Source of the DNA: Amphiscolops sp. MND2022 | Lineage: Eukaryota | NCBI GenBank assembly: GCA_964187785.1 | Contig: OZ076409.1 | Coordinates: forward strand, 98,086,001-98,150,000 | DNA length: 64,000 nucleotides | Direction of reading: 5' to 3' | Shown here: piece after piece, positions 47,656-61,600 of the stretch | Layout of the letters: each line of letters begins with the position of its first letter | How positions within the stretch are numbered: position 1 is the first letter of the stretch | Notes under the pieces: generated by a model | The model's input: only the letters and a program-made list of their open reading frames with translations | Databases searched by the model: none | Told to the model about the DNA's origin: nothing | Program-made: the position numbers and the translations under genes

Positions 47656-48000
47656 AACAAGACGGTAACGTCTCAAGTCGGCGCTATATTTAAGGCTCAA
47701 ATAAAATCGAAGTGGCCCTTTGGAGACAAAACAAATTTCGGGAAAAAGTCGCACAGTGCCGAAAAAACCGAATATAGGAACCCTTTACACTCATCCCGTT
47801 CTGTAGGCTACGTTTAAAAAATAAAAAACCAAAAGGGGGGACCCTTTGGGAATAACTTAGATGCGTTTCCCGGGTATTTGTTTAGTTACGTTTATTTGAA
47901 CATAGTGAACGTTAACATTTGTCGCTTCGAGTCTGCCTTAAAGAAAAAAACGAGTGAGTGTAATAGTCAGGCTCTTTTCTTAAGAATAGCGCCGACTAAA
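47656..48000 (+). mobile_element. HINE/DINE-1-like repeat in a CYP intron
   Basis: AGTCGGCGCTA...TAGCGCCGACT; homologous to 20695-21240. Confidence 0.5.
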
Positions 48001-48086
48001 AACTGAAACAATCGATTGAATTCATTTTCTCATCAAATGCTGATCTTTTTGACGAAAATTTGTTCAAGTGATTAACATGTTTATAG

Positions 48087-48286
48087 CACCTACGAGGGCG
48101 CGATGCCAGTTCTGGTTGTGACCGATCCCGAAATCATCAAAGAAGTGATGATCAAACAATTCGACGTTTTCCCCAACCGCCGCACGAGGGCGTCGATTGG
48201 ATTGAAGTACATGCGCAAGATAATCAGTGTCATGCAGCATGAGGAATGGAGAAGCACTAGAAACGCTCTCACGCCCACTTTCACTG
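48087..48286 (+). CDS. Cytochrome P450 exon 2
   Basis: PVLVVTDPEIIKEVMIKQFDVFPNRR and WRSTR (WxxxR) ..LTPTFT; phase-compatible AG/GT. Confidence 0.9.
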
Positions 48287-50033
48287 GTGAGACAGATTAC
48301 CAAAAATTCCGTCGTCAGACTTTTTGTCGTCGGAAATTTCGTCATCGGTAATTGCGTTCCACAAAACGTTGTCACAATTTAGCTTATCTACAATAGTGTA
48401 AGAAACCTTTATTTGTAGAAAAAGAATTGGACCAAAACAAAACTAGCTCTGACTTCTGCTATCATCCACGTTACTTGGAAGCAAATAAACAAACATTCTA
48501 AAATTTTCTTGGACACTGAAATGTAGGTTTGCAAATAATGAAGAAACTCCTAATTTCATTTTTCATTGATTATATTTACTACTGAATGGGACATCATTTT
48601 GGACAATTTTGTAACATTTGGCACCTAATTTGGAACTTTGGTTTACATTCATCTATTTTACATCAAGATAATTGGTATTATATAGTTTTTGAAAGGGGAC
48701 TTCTAGTATTTCATTTCATTTACTATCTTAATACGTGAGACACAGCTATTTTTCGCGAAGATTGGGGATTATGTTTTCGATTTTACATGTTTTCTGATAA
48801 AATTAATATCAGGAGAATCTGATAATTAAGGCGATTGTACCCACTATCTTAAACATTCGATTTGTCATTCCAATCCCTTAAATTCATGGGTAAATTAAAG
48901 ATTGAAAGAAATCACCATGTAAAATGCTAGCTCTGTTTACATGCAGTCCAAATTATTTCTTACAAATAAGGGTTCAGTTTTTGTCTTACATTATTGTATT
49001 TGGCATTGTCTAATGTCATTGAGTCTACTTTGGTCAACGAAATATTCTCATCATTACGCGTAACGCCAAATCACACAGTGTATCGAGCAGAACACGTAAC
49101 GCGTATTTAAAATTGCGTTTTTATTGGCTGGTAATCGAACTAGCCATATCTTGCTAGTTCGTTGCGGCAAATGTATTGTAATGATAAGCAATTAACTTCT
49201 TTCAAGATAAAAGGATGTTGGTTTCAAACAAAAATTTGTTTTTAACATCTCATTTTAACGATCAAATTGTTGAATAAATAAAATGGTATCTTTTGGTCAA
49301 TGCTGTTAATTCAGTGTTTGGACTTAATGGTACGACAAATCTTTTCACGACGAAACTTCCGCCTCTTGTCAGACAGACATAGGACTTTTGTTCTCAACAA
49401 GTAAACAAAAAAGCCAAAGTGCATCTTATTCAAAAAATTGAAACGGCTCAAAACAAATAACGTTTGAGGTGCGAAATTCCCAACGCTATTGTTTCCACTG
49501 CTCATGTCAAATATCCCAAAAAAAGATACCAAGTATATGAGAACTTTACAAGGTGTATTAACATAAAGGACTATGTTTCTTACTTACCGCAAGCGGCTGC
49601 CGGGGATTGAATGAGAAATAAGTTTCAAATACCATTATGTCGACATCGTTTGCGCTGAAATTTTTGTCCAATAAACGAGATGCTGTCGACATAATCCTAT
49701 TTTTTACACTGGTTCACATTACGTTGAAAATTGCTCAATTTACTTTAAGGCGGAGAAAATATGCGTCAAAATGGGGACTTTCCTTTACAACTTTAACTTG
49801 TTCCAGGGGTCAATTTTTGCTTTTTTGTAAGTAAAATATCAAAATGTTTGGATAATTTCTGATACAAGCGTCGAAACAACACAGGAGGAAAATCCCTGAA
49901 TATTAGCAGCCATATCAAATTCCTTCATTCGCCCAAAAAGTTTTTCACAGCATAAATGATGTTTTCGTTTGGGAAATGAGAACATGGTTCGAGAACTCAA
50001 TAATTGAATGTGTAAAATGTTCTTTTCAAACAG

Positions 50034-50209
50034 GTGCAAAGTTGAAGAAGTTGGTGTCTTTGATGGATGACGTCAGTGATAATTTCTCCAGGAAACTTGC
50101 GACTCTCACAAAAAGTGGGTGTGAAGAGGTTGAGCTGAAACCGCTCTTCAAAGCGTTCAGCATGGATGTCATATGCAATGTGGTCTTTGGACTGAAAGTT
50201 GATACACAA
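50034..50209 (+). CDS. Cytochrome P450 exon 3
   Basis: GAKLKKL...FSMDVICNVVFG; phase-compatible splice sites. Confidence 0.88.
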
Positions 50210-52432
50210 GTAAAACATAATTCAGTTTCCTTTTCTTAGTTTTCAATGCACAAGTTATTCAGCTTTATTTGGACACTTTGTTTTTTAAGGCGACGAGCGG
50301 AGCGAGATGCCTTATTGTTTGCGTCGGTTTTCTTTTCGCCAAAACGTGAGATCCCTCTGCATTAGTAAAAGTTTCAGGTATTTTTCTCCGAGCCTATTTC
50401 TCCGAGACAATTCAAAAGTTTAAAAACACAACCGCAACTGAATGCCCTTTCTGGCCACGTAAGAAGGTTCCAAATACTTTCCGCCTACGCTATCTCATTA
50501 GCTTCGAAAACACGATTTCTGCGAAAATTTTTAGTGTTTTTTTCCGATTTTGCGTAATTTTACCACTTGAACCATATCGAACCGTCTCAAAATAGGTACC
50601 AACTGACGCAAGAGGATGTCTTCTTTAAGTTCGTTAAAATTCCATTATCTTACAATTATTGGGCGTTGAGAAAATAGCAATTAAAAAGCAAATTTTTTTT
50701 GGGTTTTTGTGCGAAAAAATTTTCTAAATGTAGATTTTGCTCAGTTTTATTACTTCAATGACATCGAACCGGCTCATAATTAGTACCGACCGACGCAAAA
50801 GATTGTCTTCTTTAAGCTCATGAAAGGTTCAGTATCCTACGATCATTGCTCGTTGAGAAAATGGCGATTAAAAATTGGAAAATTTTTGTTTTTTTTGCAA
50901 AAAAATTGGTTTTTTGCGAAAAAAGTGTATTTTGACGTACCCCATGCCGTTGGCGTGTTTGGGGGCACTTCCGTAGAACCCATTACTTCTGGGCCCTCTA
51001 GAAGATTTCAGAGATTTTTAGGCTAGCGCGACTTTTTATGCTTCAGAAATATTCAGCTTTCATCTGCCAGTCTCCTTTGTCTCTATCAACTAATTTGTTG
51101 AATATTAATCCATCCAGAAAAGCAAAGCGTGAGTTTGATTTCTGGATATTATTTCTTCACAATAGACGATTATTGCTTCATCTAGCGTTTACTGCCGCAG
51201 AGATTACTGTAAATCACTTCGTCTCGTACAAGTGACCTAGCCAACGCTCTTTGACATAATACAATGAAAGATCATATGATCCCTGAACACGAGCTGTAAT
51301 CTAATTTCTTTGCTCAATAACTTGAAGCCTCCCAGAGATCGTCTGCTTAGAGCCGTCGCACAATGGATCCACATTTCCATATTTACGCTCATATTTTTCT
51401 GTGGGACAGGAATTTTGATGACTGAGAGGCGTTTTGTTTTTCAAAATTTGCTGTTCCAATGCTGCTATACCCAAAATAGAGGGGTCTTCTCAAAAAATTC
51501 AACTGACTTAACCTTCAATGCGCTTGGTATTTGTGGAGAGTTTTTTAATTTTTTAGGTTACGTCCAGAAGGACCCCAAAATGACACCAAAAGAGCAAGAT
51601 TATTGCATTTTTTAACACTTTGATGTTGTTCAGAATGCTTTGTTCAAAAAGAGTCCCACGACAATCTCAAAACAACTCCAAAGCGTCGAAATTTCAAAAT
51701 TTTACAAAGTTTGAATTTTCCAGGCAATTTTTGTTCAACTTTTGAAAATCTCGATAAAATAGTCCCCCGAAAAGTCTCGAAAAAATCTCTGAAAGCTAGC
51801 TATCCCGTCCGCTGCTACGTTGAGTAATATGACGTTTGTTTGGAGTTGTCTCAAAATAATCCCAAACAACCTCGAAAGTATACATATGTTTGTTGGAAAG
51901 GCCCTAAAAATTCAAACAAAAACAACTTTTTTTTCAATTTCGACGGTGCTGAGCAATTTCTGGGAATGAATAATCACGGCGTTCGAAGACATAATAAATA
52001 CCTCATCTTTTTCAAAAAAGCTGACGTTTACTTTTTGAATTACACAAAACCCTATCAAGAGCGAAATAATGTCCATTTCCGAATATTTTTTGGATTACTT
52101 TGTTTTTGTGGGTATCAAAATCCATGGAGTCCTACAGCAAACGTTCAACTACCAAACATACTTTGTTGGCAAAAATATTCATTCAGTGTTTTTCAAAGAA
52201 AGTGTTGAAATGAATGGGAAAGGTGTATAAATGTTCTCGATCGAGCCTTTAGAAAATGCCTTAGCTAATTCAGAAAATTTCCGGTGATCAGCGGGCGTCT
52301 TGTTGATTTCATAAAACTTCAAGATAAAGTAAAACATCTACCGAAGTTATCGTCTTTTGAATTTTTTGGAACTCTATCCCAAAATTTTAATAGCTACAGA
52401 AAATTATTTAGCAATCAAATATTTGATTTTAG

Positions 52433-52630
52433 TCTGATCCAGAAAATGAAATAGCGCAATCGTGCTTCCGGATGATGGAACAGAACCAGAGATTAGCCAA
52501 GAAACCTCTACTTATTCTGGCATTCATTTTCCCAGATTTGATTGGGTTCCTACAAAGGATCGATCCAACTCTGGGTTTAAACATGGACGCTGCCTCAATC
52601 GTTGATCGTAAGCTTCGGTCAATTTTGGAG
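52433..52630 (+). CDS. Cytochrome P450 exon 4 (probable)
   Basis: SDPENEIAQ...ILAFIFPDL...LRSILE; AG at 52431-52432, GT at 52631, phase 0. Confidence 0.72.
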
Positions 52631-52737
52631 GTTAGTGGCATGAAATATTTTAGTTTCCAGACATAATGGTTTGAGGGCATCCGGATCAAGTTGAAAATTG
52701 AAACTTCGTAAAGAGTACGACACTTTGGATCTCCACT

Positions 52738-53024
52738 GATTGAGGAAAAAAGGCGTTCCTTGCAAGGATGTTGTAAGAATTTTTCAAAATCTTGCAAGAT
52801 AATGCATTTTCCTCAAATTCCTTGAAATAATCTTGCAAGATTCTGACTCAATATGCACTCCTTGCAAGATCCTTCCGAGCAATGCAATCCAAGCAAAAAT
52901 CTTCCAAAAATCTTGCAACGAAATATTTTCCCGCAAGGAGTCACTTACTTGCAAGATCTTTCGAGGAATGTATTATTTGCAAGAATTTTGCAAGATCCTT
53001 GCAGGATTTCATTTTTTCTCAACG
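52738..53024. repeat. Small TIR-like repeat rich in CTTGCAAG motifs
   Basis: TTGAGGAAAAAA / TTTTTTCTCAA ends; many CTTGCAAG palindromes. Confidence 0.5.
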
Positions 53025-53056
53025 AATGGTTTCAATTATCAACCCACATTCTCATC

Positions 53057-54555
53057 TGTGATAATCCTCTCCTGTGCGGTCCTCATTTATGACCACAGAG
53101 TCATTTAGATCAATGTTTTGTATGCTCAAAGGTTGTATTGGCGTTCTAAGTTCGTTTAAATTAGATGGCCTGAAAGGACTATCCTGTATTCCACATTCTT
53201 GATTTTCTGGCTCAGATGCGTTTTCTTCACCGTCCTCATTGCTTGTGTATTTCGAGGTTCCTGCTCTAGGGGTGTTTTGTTCTCGATATCGTCTGTTTGG
53301 TACAGACTGTGTTCTTCTGTTATTTTTCATCTCTTTCAGTATTTTCTCTAGTTTTTCATCCATTTCTTTTCTTAAGTTTGCTACTTCTTTGTTCGTTTTA
53401 TCTGATATTCTTTGGGTCCAGATTTGCATTTCGTTTTCAATTTGTGTTCCACTGTCTAGAGCTATTTCTTCGTCCTTAACTGAACTAACATTTCAAAGTT
53501 ACCTAAAGTTTCGATAACGGTATCATTACCTTGTGATGTCTCTATTTCGGATGTGCTCAACTCTCTCTCAAGTGAGGGTGATTGCCCTCGCCTAGATCTT
53601 CTATTTCTCTTGTTACCCATTCTGGTCAGATTAAAATGCTGTTTTGGAGAGAAGAATTTCAATTAGAATAATGAGCAAAGTAAAATTGGGTTGAAATAAA
53701 GTTGAAGAAAAATGTGCATAACGTTAAGTTATCAAAGTTGAGACGAAGGTTATGAGAATGAAAAGAGAGGTCTGATTAGTCTGAAAATTTTCTTTTGAAT
53801 GAATATTATTGGGTTCCTTACTCTCCTTTTTGATTTGGGCTAAATTTATCAGCATGACAACCAATTTTTGGAATGTCACGGTTACATCACGATTATGTAA
53901 TTACTAAAAATAGGACCCAATCTGATACAAAAATAGGTTTGTAAGTTACATCACTTCTATAAATTGATTCCTGCATGACGAATATTTTCCTGCGTTTTGA
54001 TTGGTCATCACACTAACTGCACTAATCCGTTCATCGCTAATAAGAAAAATGTGGCAACACGTAGTATGACTCATATGTAATGCAAGTATTAATTTCAACA
54101 TAGTGTAGCATGTATGATTAGGTCAACGTAATGAGTCATACCTCTAAAAGATATAATTGAAGAGTTGAAAAATTCAATCTTGTACTGCAATATGCTGCAA
54201 ACTTAGTGCGGCAGATTAATTCAAATATTAAAGTCTTTACGTATTAATGCATCATACAAATCATGCATAATTTATTCATTTCACTACGAATCGTGTTGAG
54301 CGGTATTATACATCAAATATGTCAACACCTTGCAACATTTAGTGAATTGTTCATGACTAGATATTATTTTACAGTTACAGTTAACTAGAATAGTAAACAA
54401 ATTCAAATAATGCTGGTGTATAAAAGTCATATATGAATACATGCAAAACAAGTTTCAAGAAGTGATGAGTTTTCTCCAGTTTGAAATAGTAGATGGGCGA
54501 GTCATTTGCCTCTATCGCTGCTCTACGGGTCCAACACAAGCTCCAGGCTGTGACA
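53057..54555 (-). mobile_element. Solo LTR (1499 bp) of a relative of the 23321-38255 Gypsy
   Basis: TGTCAC...ATCACA termini, 5-bp TSD TCATC, encodes the homologous MGNKRNRRSRR...GEDYH Gag N-terminus. Confidence 0.85.
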
Positions 54556-55613
54556 TCATCTTCATAAACAATTGGTGTATATCAACAAAGTTACCCATAG
54601 CGTAAGTAATGGGGACACTAAACGATCATACAGCGCTATTGTTGACTCATACATCAGAAGAAAATAGCGTTGAAACAATATTTGAAACTAGTCAATGCCG
54701 ATTGCCAAAAAAGAAGAAAAAATGATGCAAACAAGAATAATGAATGTGTGATAATGGTTAGACACTACTTCTCATTAAAAATGAACAATCATTTTCTCAA
54801 AACAACTTGAAGCCTTTGTTCAGAGTTCCTCATCTAATTTGTCTCATGCCGATCCGTTCTTAAAGTTTCATATGTTGGGTTCTTGAAAGAGTCTGAAAAT
54901 CTTTTCAACTTCGTTGCCGAAAAAAACTTCAATTATATATTTCTCGGAAACATCTGAACAGAAACGGTAAATGGCCAAGTTGTGCGAAGGGACTCCTGAA
55001 AAATCTATTTTATCAATTCCTGATAAGTATTCATTTTTATCCCAAAAAAACGATTGAAATTACTGGAAATTATCCCCAAATTGACAAAACACGACGAAAT
55101 TACAAAAAATATATTGAATACAGTTTATCCATTTCTTCAAAAGAACAAGATAACTTTTTGCCAAACAAAACAATCATTAGTCGGCGCTTCATGAAGTGAA
55201 ACGCGACTATTATAGTGACTCTATTTTTTCGATCAACTCGAACTGACCAAAATAGTTCTTGAACGTTCTACAAAATTTCATTGTGTCAAATTGAACCATT
55301 TGGCCTAGCAAACTGAACCAAAAAGCTTTTCCTGTTTTTCCGCGTAACATACAGTACCGGGCGAGACTAAAGTGTCCCACTTTCAGTTTTTTTCGGCATT
55401 GTGAGACTTTTTTTGAAATTTTTTTTCCTCAAAGGGTCCCTCCTTCACTTTTTTTGATGTTTGGTGACAGAATTATTGTTGAAAAATGCCAAAGGGTCCC
55501 CTCCCTTTTAGCGCGCCAGGGGCCTGCGATAGCGGGCCCAAGGCGTGCCAATTTGGTTCAACTTTTTTTTCGGTTACTGTACAAAAGAATACTTTGACAC
55601 TTTGAAGTCCTGT

Positions 55614-58600
55614 TGTAACGTCCACCAGTCAACACCAAATTTTCGATGAAAAATTCGATCAAGAACCAGAAAATGTGCGAATCAAAATGGCCGACCTGGC
55701 AGGTCCTTGAAGCCCATAAAATGAAAGAAGAGAACACGTGAACAAGAAGAACGACAGGAGATGATAAAGAAAAGAAGCAAAACAACTGATGACATGAAGA
55801 TCCACGCGGGACAGAATACGACGAACGCTACCCGGTGCTATGTCATCCCTGAGAAAGCAGAACCATTCTAGAACGGCATGACTGGATCCCCGAAAATCAA
55901 AAAACAGTAACTGTATTTCCACTTGGGGCTTATCCCCCTTTGTTTTGTTAATTTATTATAATGCATTTTGTTATTTTCCCCATGTCTGACCTTCTAGGTC
56001 AGCATTTCAAGCCCATAACTGTCGAAATGACATTTTTCGGATAAACACCTTTTTGGACCTCGGAAGTATGTAGGAGATAGCAGGAACGCGCTAAAAACCT
56101 TAGGATTTGTTTTTACAGGCTTGTGGGGCGTGTCCGGACTTTGAGAGTGCCGGCACGTCGCCTCGGAGCTCTAACTAGAGGAGCCTCCTTAGACGTTAGA
56201 AAAGTCCCCCATGGAGACCATTTTGGGATCAAAAACTAGTGTTTAGGAGTGTAGTAAGACAACGGTCTCCTGTTTAAGCACCCTAGGCATTGTCCCTCTT
56301 CCTAGATGTGCGCCGCTAGCCGGACGTTACATCTGGAATAGTTTTTATGGCGACCACAGAGGGATATTTTTCCTTACCGCGTCCTGCGAGGAGCAACTCC
56401 TGCTTTCCGGCCCTGAAAGGTCCGGATCTAGGAGAAGCTTTCAGGAGAGTCCTAGATTGTTTTTACTGCTTTATTCTAGCCCTTTGGGCCTTGTATTAGC
56501 GTTTTTCCCGCGTTTCCTGCATGTTTCCGAGGTCCCTAGCCTGAAAAAGACAGTTTGAAACGGTGTACCCCCTTATACCTTCTTTGTACTTATTAAAAAA
56601 GTTATTCCGGCTTATCCGGAACGTGTTTTAACGGGTTTTCCAGCTTCTTTTCAGCTAATTAGCAATGTACAGGGACTGCGAGGACGGTTTGTGAAGGCCC
56701 GAGCTAGCTGAGTGCAGGACTGCAGGTGCTTCACCTCATAGCCTCTTCCTCCCCACCTGGTGCCAATTCACCGAAGACAGCTGGGTTATTTCGTTCCCTT
56801 TACGTTTTCTAGCCCAAAATTAGTATTCCCAGGCCTGTTTTTGCATAAATTAACTGTGAAAAATACCCACAGGGTATTTGCATCAGTTATTTTAGGGATT
56901 TGAGCTTGAAAACGCCAAAAATAACACTAATAACAGCTCAAATATCGAATTTTCCCGTTTTGAAAGCCAGAATTTTATAGAACTGTGTACGGCCTGTGGG
57001 AATACCTGAAAAACGTTTTGTCGGACCTACCAAGTCGAGAACAAAACATTTTGTTGGGCTATTTTTCAAGAAAACATGAAAATTTCAGCAATTTTTGTTC
57101 AAAAATCGGCAAAATTGGCCATTTTGACCAATTTTGACAAGGGCGAGGCCTTGAACGTCTGTCCCCAAGCCTCTTGAAAGGCCCAAAAATTTTGTAGTTG
57201 AGCTTGGTAGTATGCAATACTACTACCAAGAGGGTTTTTAACTGCCCCCAATATAAATTGAAGTTTTAACATTACTTTTCTTTCATTAAAATAGACCTGA
57301 GCACAGGACCCCATAGACCTGTGAGCTATAACATCAAAAGTAATAATTGAAAGAACCCCACCCCCTTAGATAAAGTAGTTACACCTTCCTACTATACTGT
57401 TGAAACCATCTCGAACCTCTGGGAACCGAAGAATAAAAAGTTCCTAGGGAAAATACGTGTTTTTCATAGGTGTTCCCAGAGTGTCCAAGGTGTAACCTAA
57501 AATCAATTTTGAGAGACCTTATTTGGAACCTGCCAGGTTTCACTGGCCTATTTTCTGTTAGTAGAGAGTACTAGATTACTAACGCCGAAAACCGCGAGTG
57601 ATTCCAACCAGTGGTTGTTGAGAAATAGCCCAAAACGTGCTATTTTTGCGACATTATCGGAACATTGAAATAGTATTTCAAAGAAAGGTCCAAATCTCTC
57701 CTAGCAGGAGTAGCCCAAAACGAATTGCACCATCGTGTAGACTGCAAAAAGTTACGTTAGTGGTGTAATTTTTGTAGCGCTACTGTTACCAGTGATCGAG
57801 AAATCTTAGCCGCAGTTTTGCTCAAAAATGATCCGAAAATGTCGAAAAAATTGAATTTTAGTTGAGCATAGTGCAATACATCGCAGGTACCCCAGCACTA
57901 AAAATTTTGCATTTTCGTGCACACGGCACTGGATCACGACGATTTATGCAATTTGAGCAGCCGGCTACTAGCCACAGCCGAAAAATTGACATTTTTGTGA
58001 TTTTTGACCCGAAAAAGCGATACCCCAAGTACATCAAGGTTTTGTCACTTCATATCGCCAGATATAGATCAGGGCACCTCGCCGCTGAAATTTTCCGTCG
58101 TGTAGGCATAAAGTACGCTCGCATGCAAAATTTCAGGTAGCTAGGAAGCCTAGAAGGCGAGTTTGACCACTTTTTGTGAATTTCGCGACATAGCCAAATT
58201 TTCAGTGAACATTGTTAAGTGGCCGTGACACCCACAGGATCAATTTTAGCGCAATCGGAGGCTTGTTCCCCACGATTCAGCCAGTGTACTAGACGGTGTG
58301 AAATTTTCAGGTCGCTAGCACCACTAGAAGTGATTTTCACCTTCCCCGGAGATGCTACTTGATGAGAAAAACAATATTTTGAGTAAAATTTAACTGAAAA
58401 CCCAAGCATTTCTAGTCCTGATACACCTCATTCAGGGCTAAAACGACCAGTTTAGCGCATCGAGCAAATCCTACGCGCCTTACCGAACTTATAAAATCCG
58501 TATAGGGTTAGCCCCAAGATCAATGACCTTCCACTAAACACTCTACGAGACCAAGAGACGGTAACTCCAAAAATCGAAGTTCGTTTCTTACCCGCCGCCA

Positions 58601-61600
58601 AGGTCGCCTAGGTGCAACTTGCTCGCCATAACCACCCATACTCTGCGCCTCGTATACCCTGAGGGTGCGAGAGTGTGCCTGGGAATATCAAAACAATAAC
58701 AGACCAAGTTTGCGGAACGCGTAGAGAAACTAGAACAAGGACAGAGAAGATCATCCATACCATCGTAACCCTTTTACCCACAAACCATAAAGCCATAGGC
58801 CAGGTCACTACTTGATACTCAACCCACACGTTCCCAATTAAACCCCAGATCATTCCCAATCCATTGCCCACCCATTGTCCCCGAACCCACCTCTTGACAC
58901 AAACAAAAAATAAAAAAAAAATCTTTTTGTCAAGAAAGTCAAACCTTCTAAGAGAAGAAAAAGCAAACAAAATTTTAGTTAACCAAACCAGCGACAGCGT
59001 GCCTAGTGCACTCCAAAAGTGTAGTAAGCAATTCAAGCCCATTTAGCAAGTCTGTCTCTACCCCAATACACAAAAGACGAGTGGCAAGGCGCGCCAAATA
59101 GCTTAATTAGTTAGTTAGTCAGTGCAGTTTAGATAATATCTTTTTGAGTTATTTAGCCAAAGCAAACTCTCCCCATTCCATCACATACCACTTGTTTTGT
59201 GGGGGGAAGGAAGTAGAGAAAAGCCAAAAATCAAAAAAAAATTATTTTTGTTGTTTTTGTCGGTCAAATCGTGGAAGCTACACACGCAGTGGAAGCTAAA
59301 ATATTACATTTCGTAGCCATGGAACGACCCGAGACTAACGCCACCATAAGCGACTTCCATACCACCAACCCTTTCAGAAGAAGAACGGAAGCCACGGCCG
59401 AACAAAACGAGTGTAGATTAGATTCAGCCATAGCGGCCGTATTTTCAGAAGCTATGTCTGACTTCGTACCGAGCCAGGAGCAAAACGCGGAAATAGCCGT
59501 TGCCACTAGCCAGCCTAACTCCTCGCGAGCCTCCCCCGACAGCACCAATCTACCGGATAATACTGAGAACACTACGCAAAGAAACACATGGCCTCCGCTG
59601 GAAGTCACTGACTACAGCTTGGAAAATTGGCCAAACTCCAACCAAGGGCCCACAAGAGAGCCCAGCATTGTTGATACTCCCAACGAACAAAATGACACTC
59701 CAATGACTCCACGGGCGGACCCACGGACGGCGGATGTCGAAAGGAACCCCCCGGGTTCCCAGGAGATGATCAATAGCGTAGGCGGGAATCCCTTTCGAAG
59801 CGGATATGCGCTACCGGAAGCACCGGCGAAGACATCGAACAGGCCAGCGGAGAACTCGAAGACAAACATAACAGAGAATCCGTTAAGATACGTTTTTCGA
59901 ACGCCACCCTCGGTGAGACCAAAGATTAATTAAGATTAATTATGCGAATGCGAGTCGAACATCCCATACGCCAGACTCTCAAGCTAGCGCCGACACCAAT
60001 CTTGACTCAACAATAACCAAAGCAAGAAAGGAAATGCAAACGGTTCGAGAAGACTTTCAGAGTAGTCTGGCTCAGCTAGCTCAAGTCCAGACAAGGCTAG
60101 CGAGGGAAAACAACGAACATGAGATGCGCGCCGACATGATAATGAGGGACATGGACGAGCTGCGAAAAGGTCTACTGGAAATGCAAGCGGAAGGGCGACA
60201 AAATCAGGGTCGACTGGAGGCGTCCATGGCATCTCTCAATGATCTGATTAAACAGAGAGAAACTACAGCAGACGCCCGCATGGCCGAGATGTCCGCAATA
60301 ATGAGAGAAAGAGACCGCCAAGCAGACGAACGCATGAAAGCAATGACAAACACGATGCAGCGCCGCGACATAGACTCCAATGTCCGCATGGCGGACTTGA
60401 TGATGGCAATGCAAGATTTAACATTGGGAGTGAAAGCAATTGTGTCGCAGACCCCCGCGCAGCAAGCACAAACGGCGTCACGGATGCCCCAAAAGTATCA
60501 ACAGACCGAAATGCCATCTACAAGCGAAGCTCCCCAACCTCACTATAGGACGGTGGCACAGCACACCGTGGAGCCTCCTAGGCCTCCAAAACTAGTGCCA
60601 CCCGCGACATACAGGCGTGACCTGTCTAAAGCTAGCAAGATGGCTAAGGTAACCCACACGGAGTCACGAGACGCCGGCACGGACCCAATGACTGACCCGC
60701 CGTCGTTTGACCAGTGCGCTCGCGGGACATCGACCTCGGGCGACTTTCATTCCGCTGCCGACGAAACGAACACCCGCAGGACTAGCTACTATACGGCCGA
60801 TTCCAGCGCAGCATTCCGCCCACCTGCGCGAACGCAGACGTTCAGAGACTTCGTTCCGCGGCCATTGGCCACCAGTACGCAGCGTAAGGTGACAAACAAG
60901 CGGAATCTAGAACAAGGCAAAGGCGAACATAGCGACATTGAAGAAATGCCCTCGATGGCAGAAGAAGCCCCGGACACCCCGAGAACTACCCAACGACAAG
61001 CACTAGCAGAAGCAATATCCACAGCCATGTCTAAAGGCTTGGAGCCGTTGCTCGCCGCCAAGGAGTCTAAAAATAAGCCCACGAAATACAGAGGAACCCG
61101 AGACGGAAATGCAGATGGATGGATGATGTTGATGAAACGCCACTTGGAAAAAGCACACCCGAAGGCAACCCCCCTCGATAAAGCATGGACAATAATTGAG
61201 TATCTAGAGCATGAAGCCAGAGACTACATCACGAATAAGTCCGAAGCCGAGAGAGACACGGACGAGAAAGTATTCGCATTGCTGGCGCGTCGCTTTGGGA
61301 CAGGCTCCAGCAAAATCCACATCCAGCAGCAATTTAGAACCCGCAACCAGAATAGCGAGGAGGACTACATGCAATACCTTGACGCCCTCGAAGGCTTGCG
61401 TAGTTAGGGTTACCCCAATGAGGAGGTGACAGTTCGTCGATACGAAATTATGCAAAGATTCATTGAGGGAGTGCGCAACTTTGAACTAAAAAGGAACCTC
61501 GCGCTAATGTATGCACCGGAACAATACGTGGAGACCCCGCCAACGGTAGAAGCCCTCCGCTTCACGGTACAACAATACTTACGCATGCGTGGCTCCACTC

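Noticed and set aside
61405..61407. Programmed stop-codon readthrough between gag and pol
   Set aside because: The TAG lies within capsid, upstream of the zinc knuckles, and the copy has another lesion; more likely a CAG>TAG mutation
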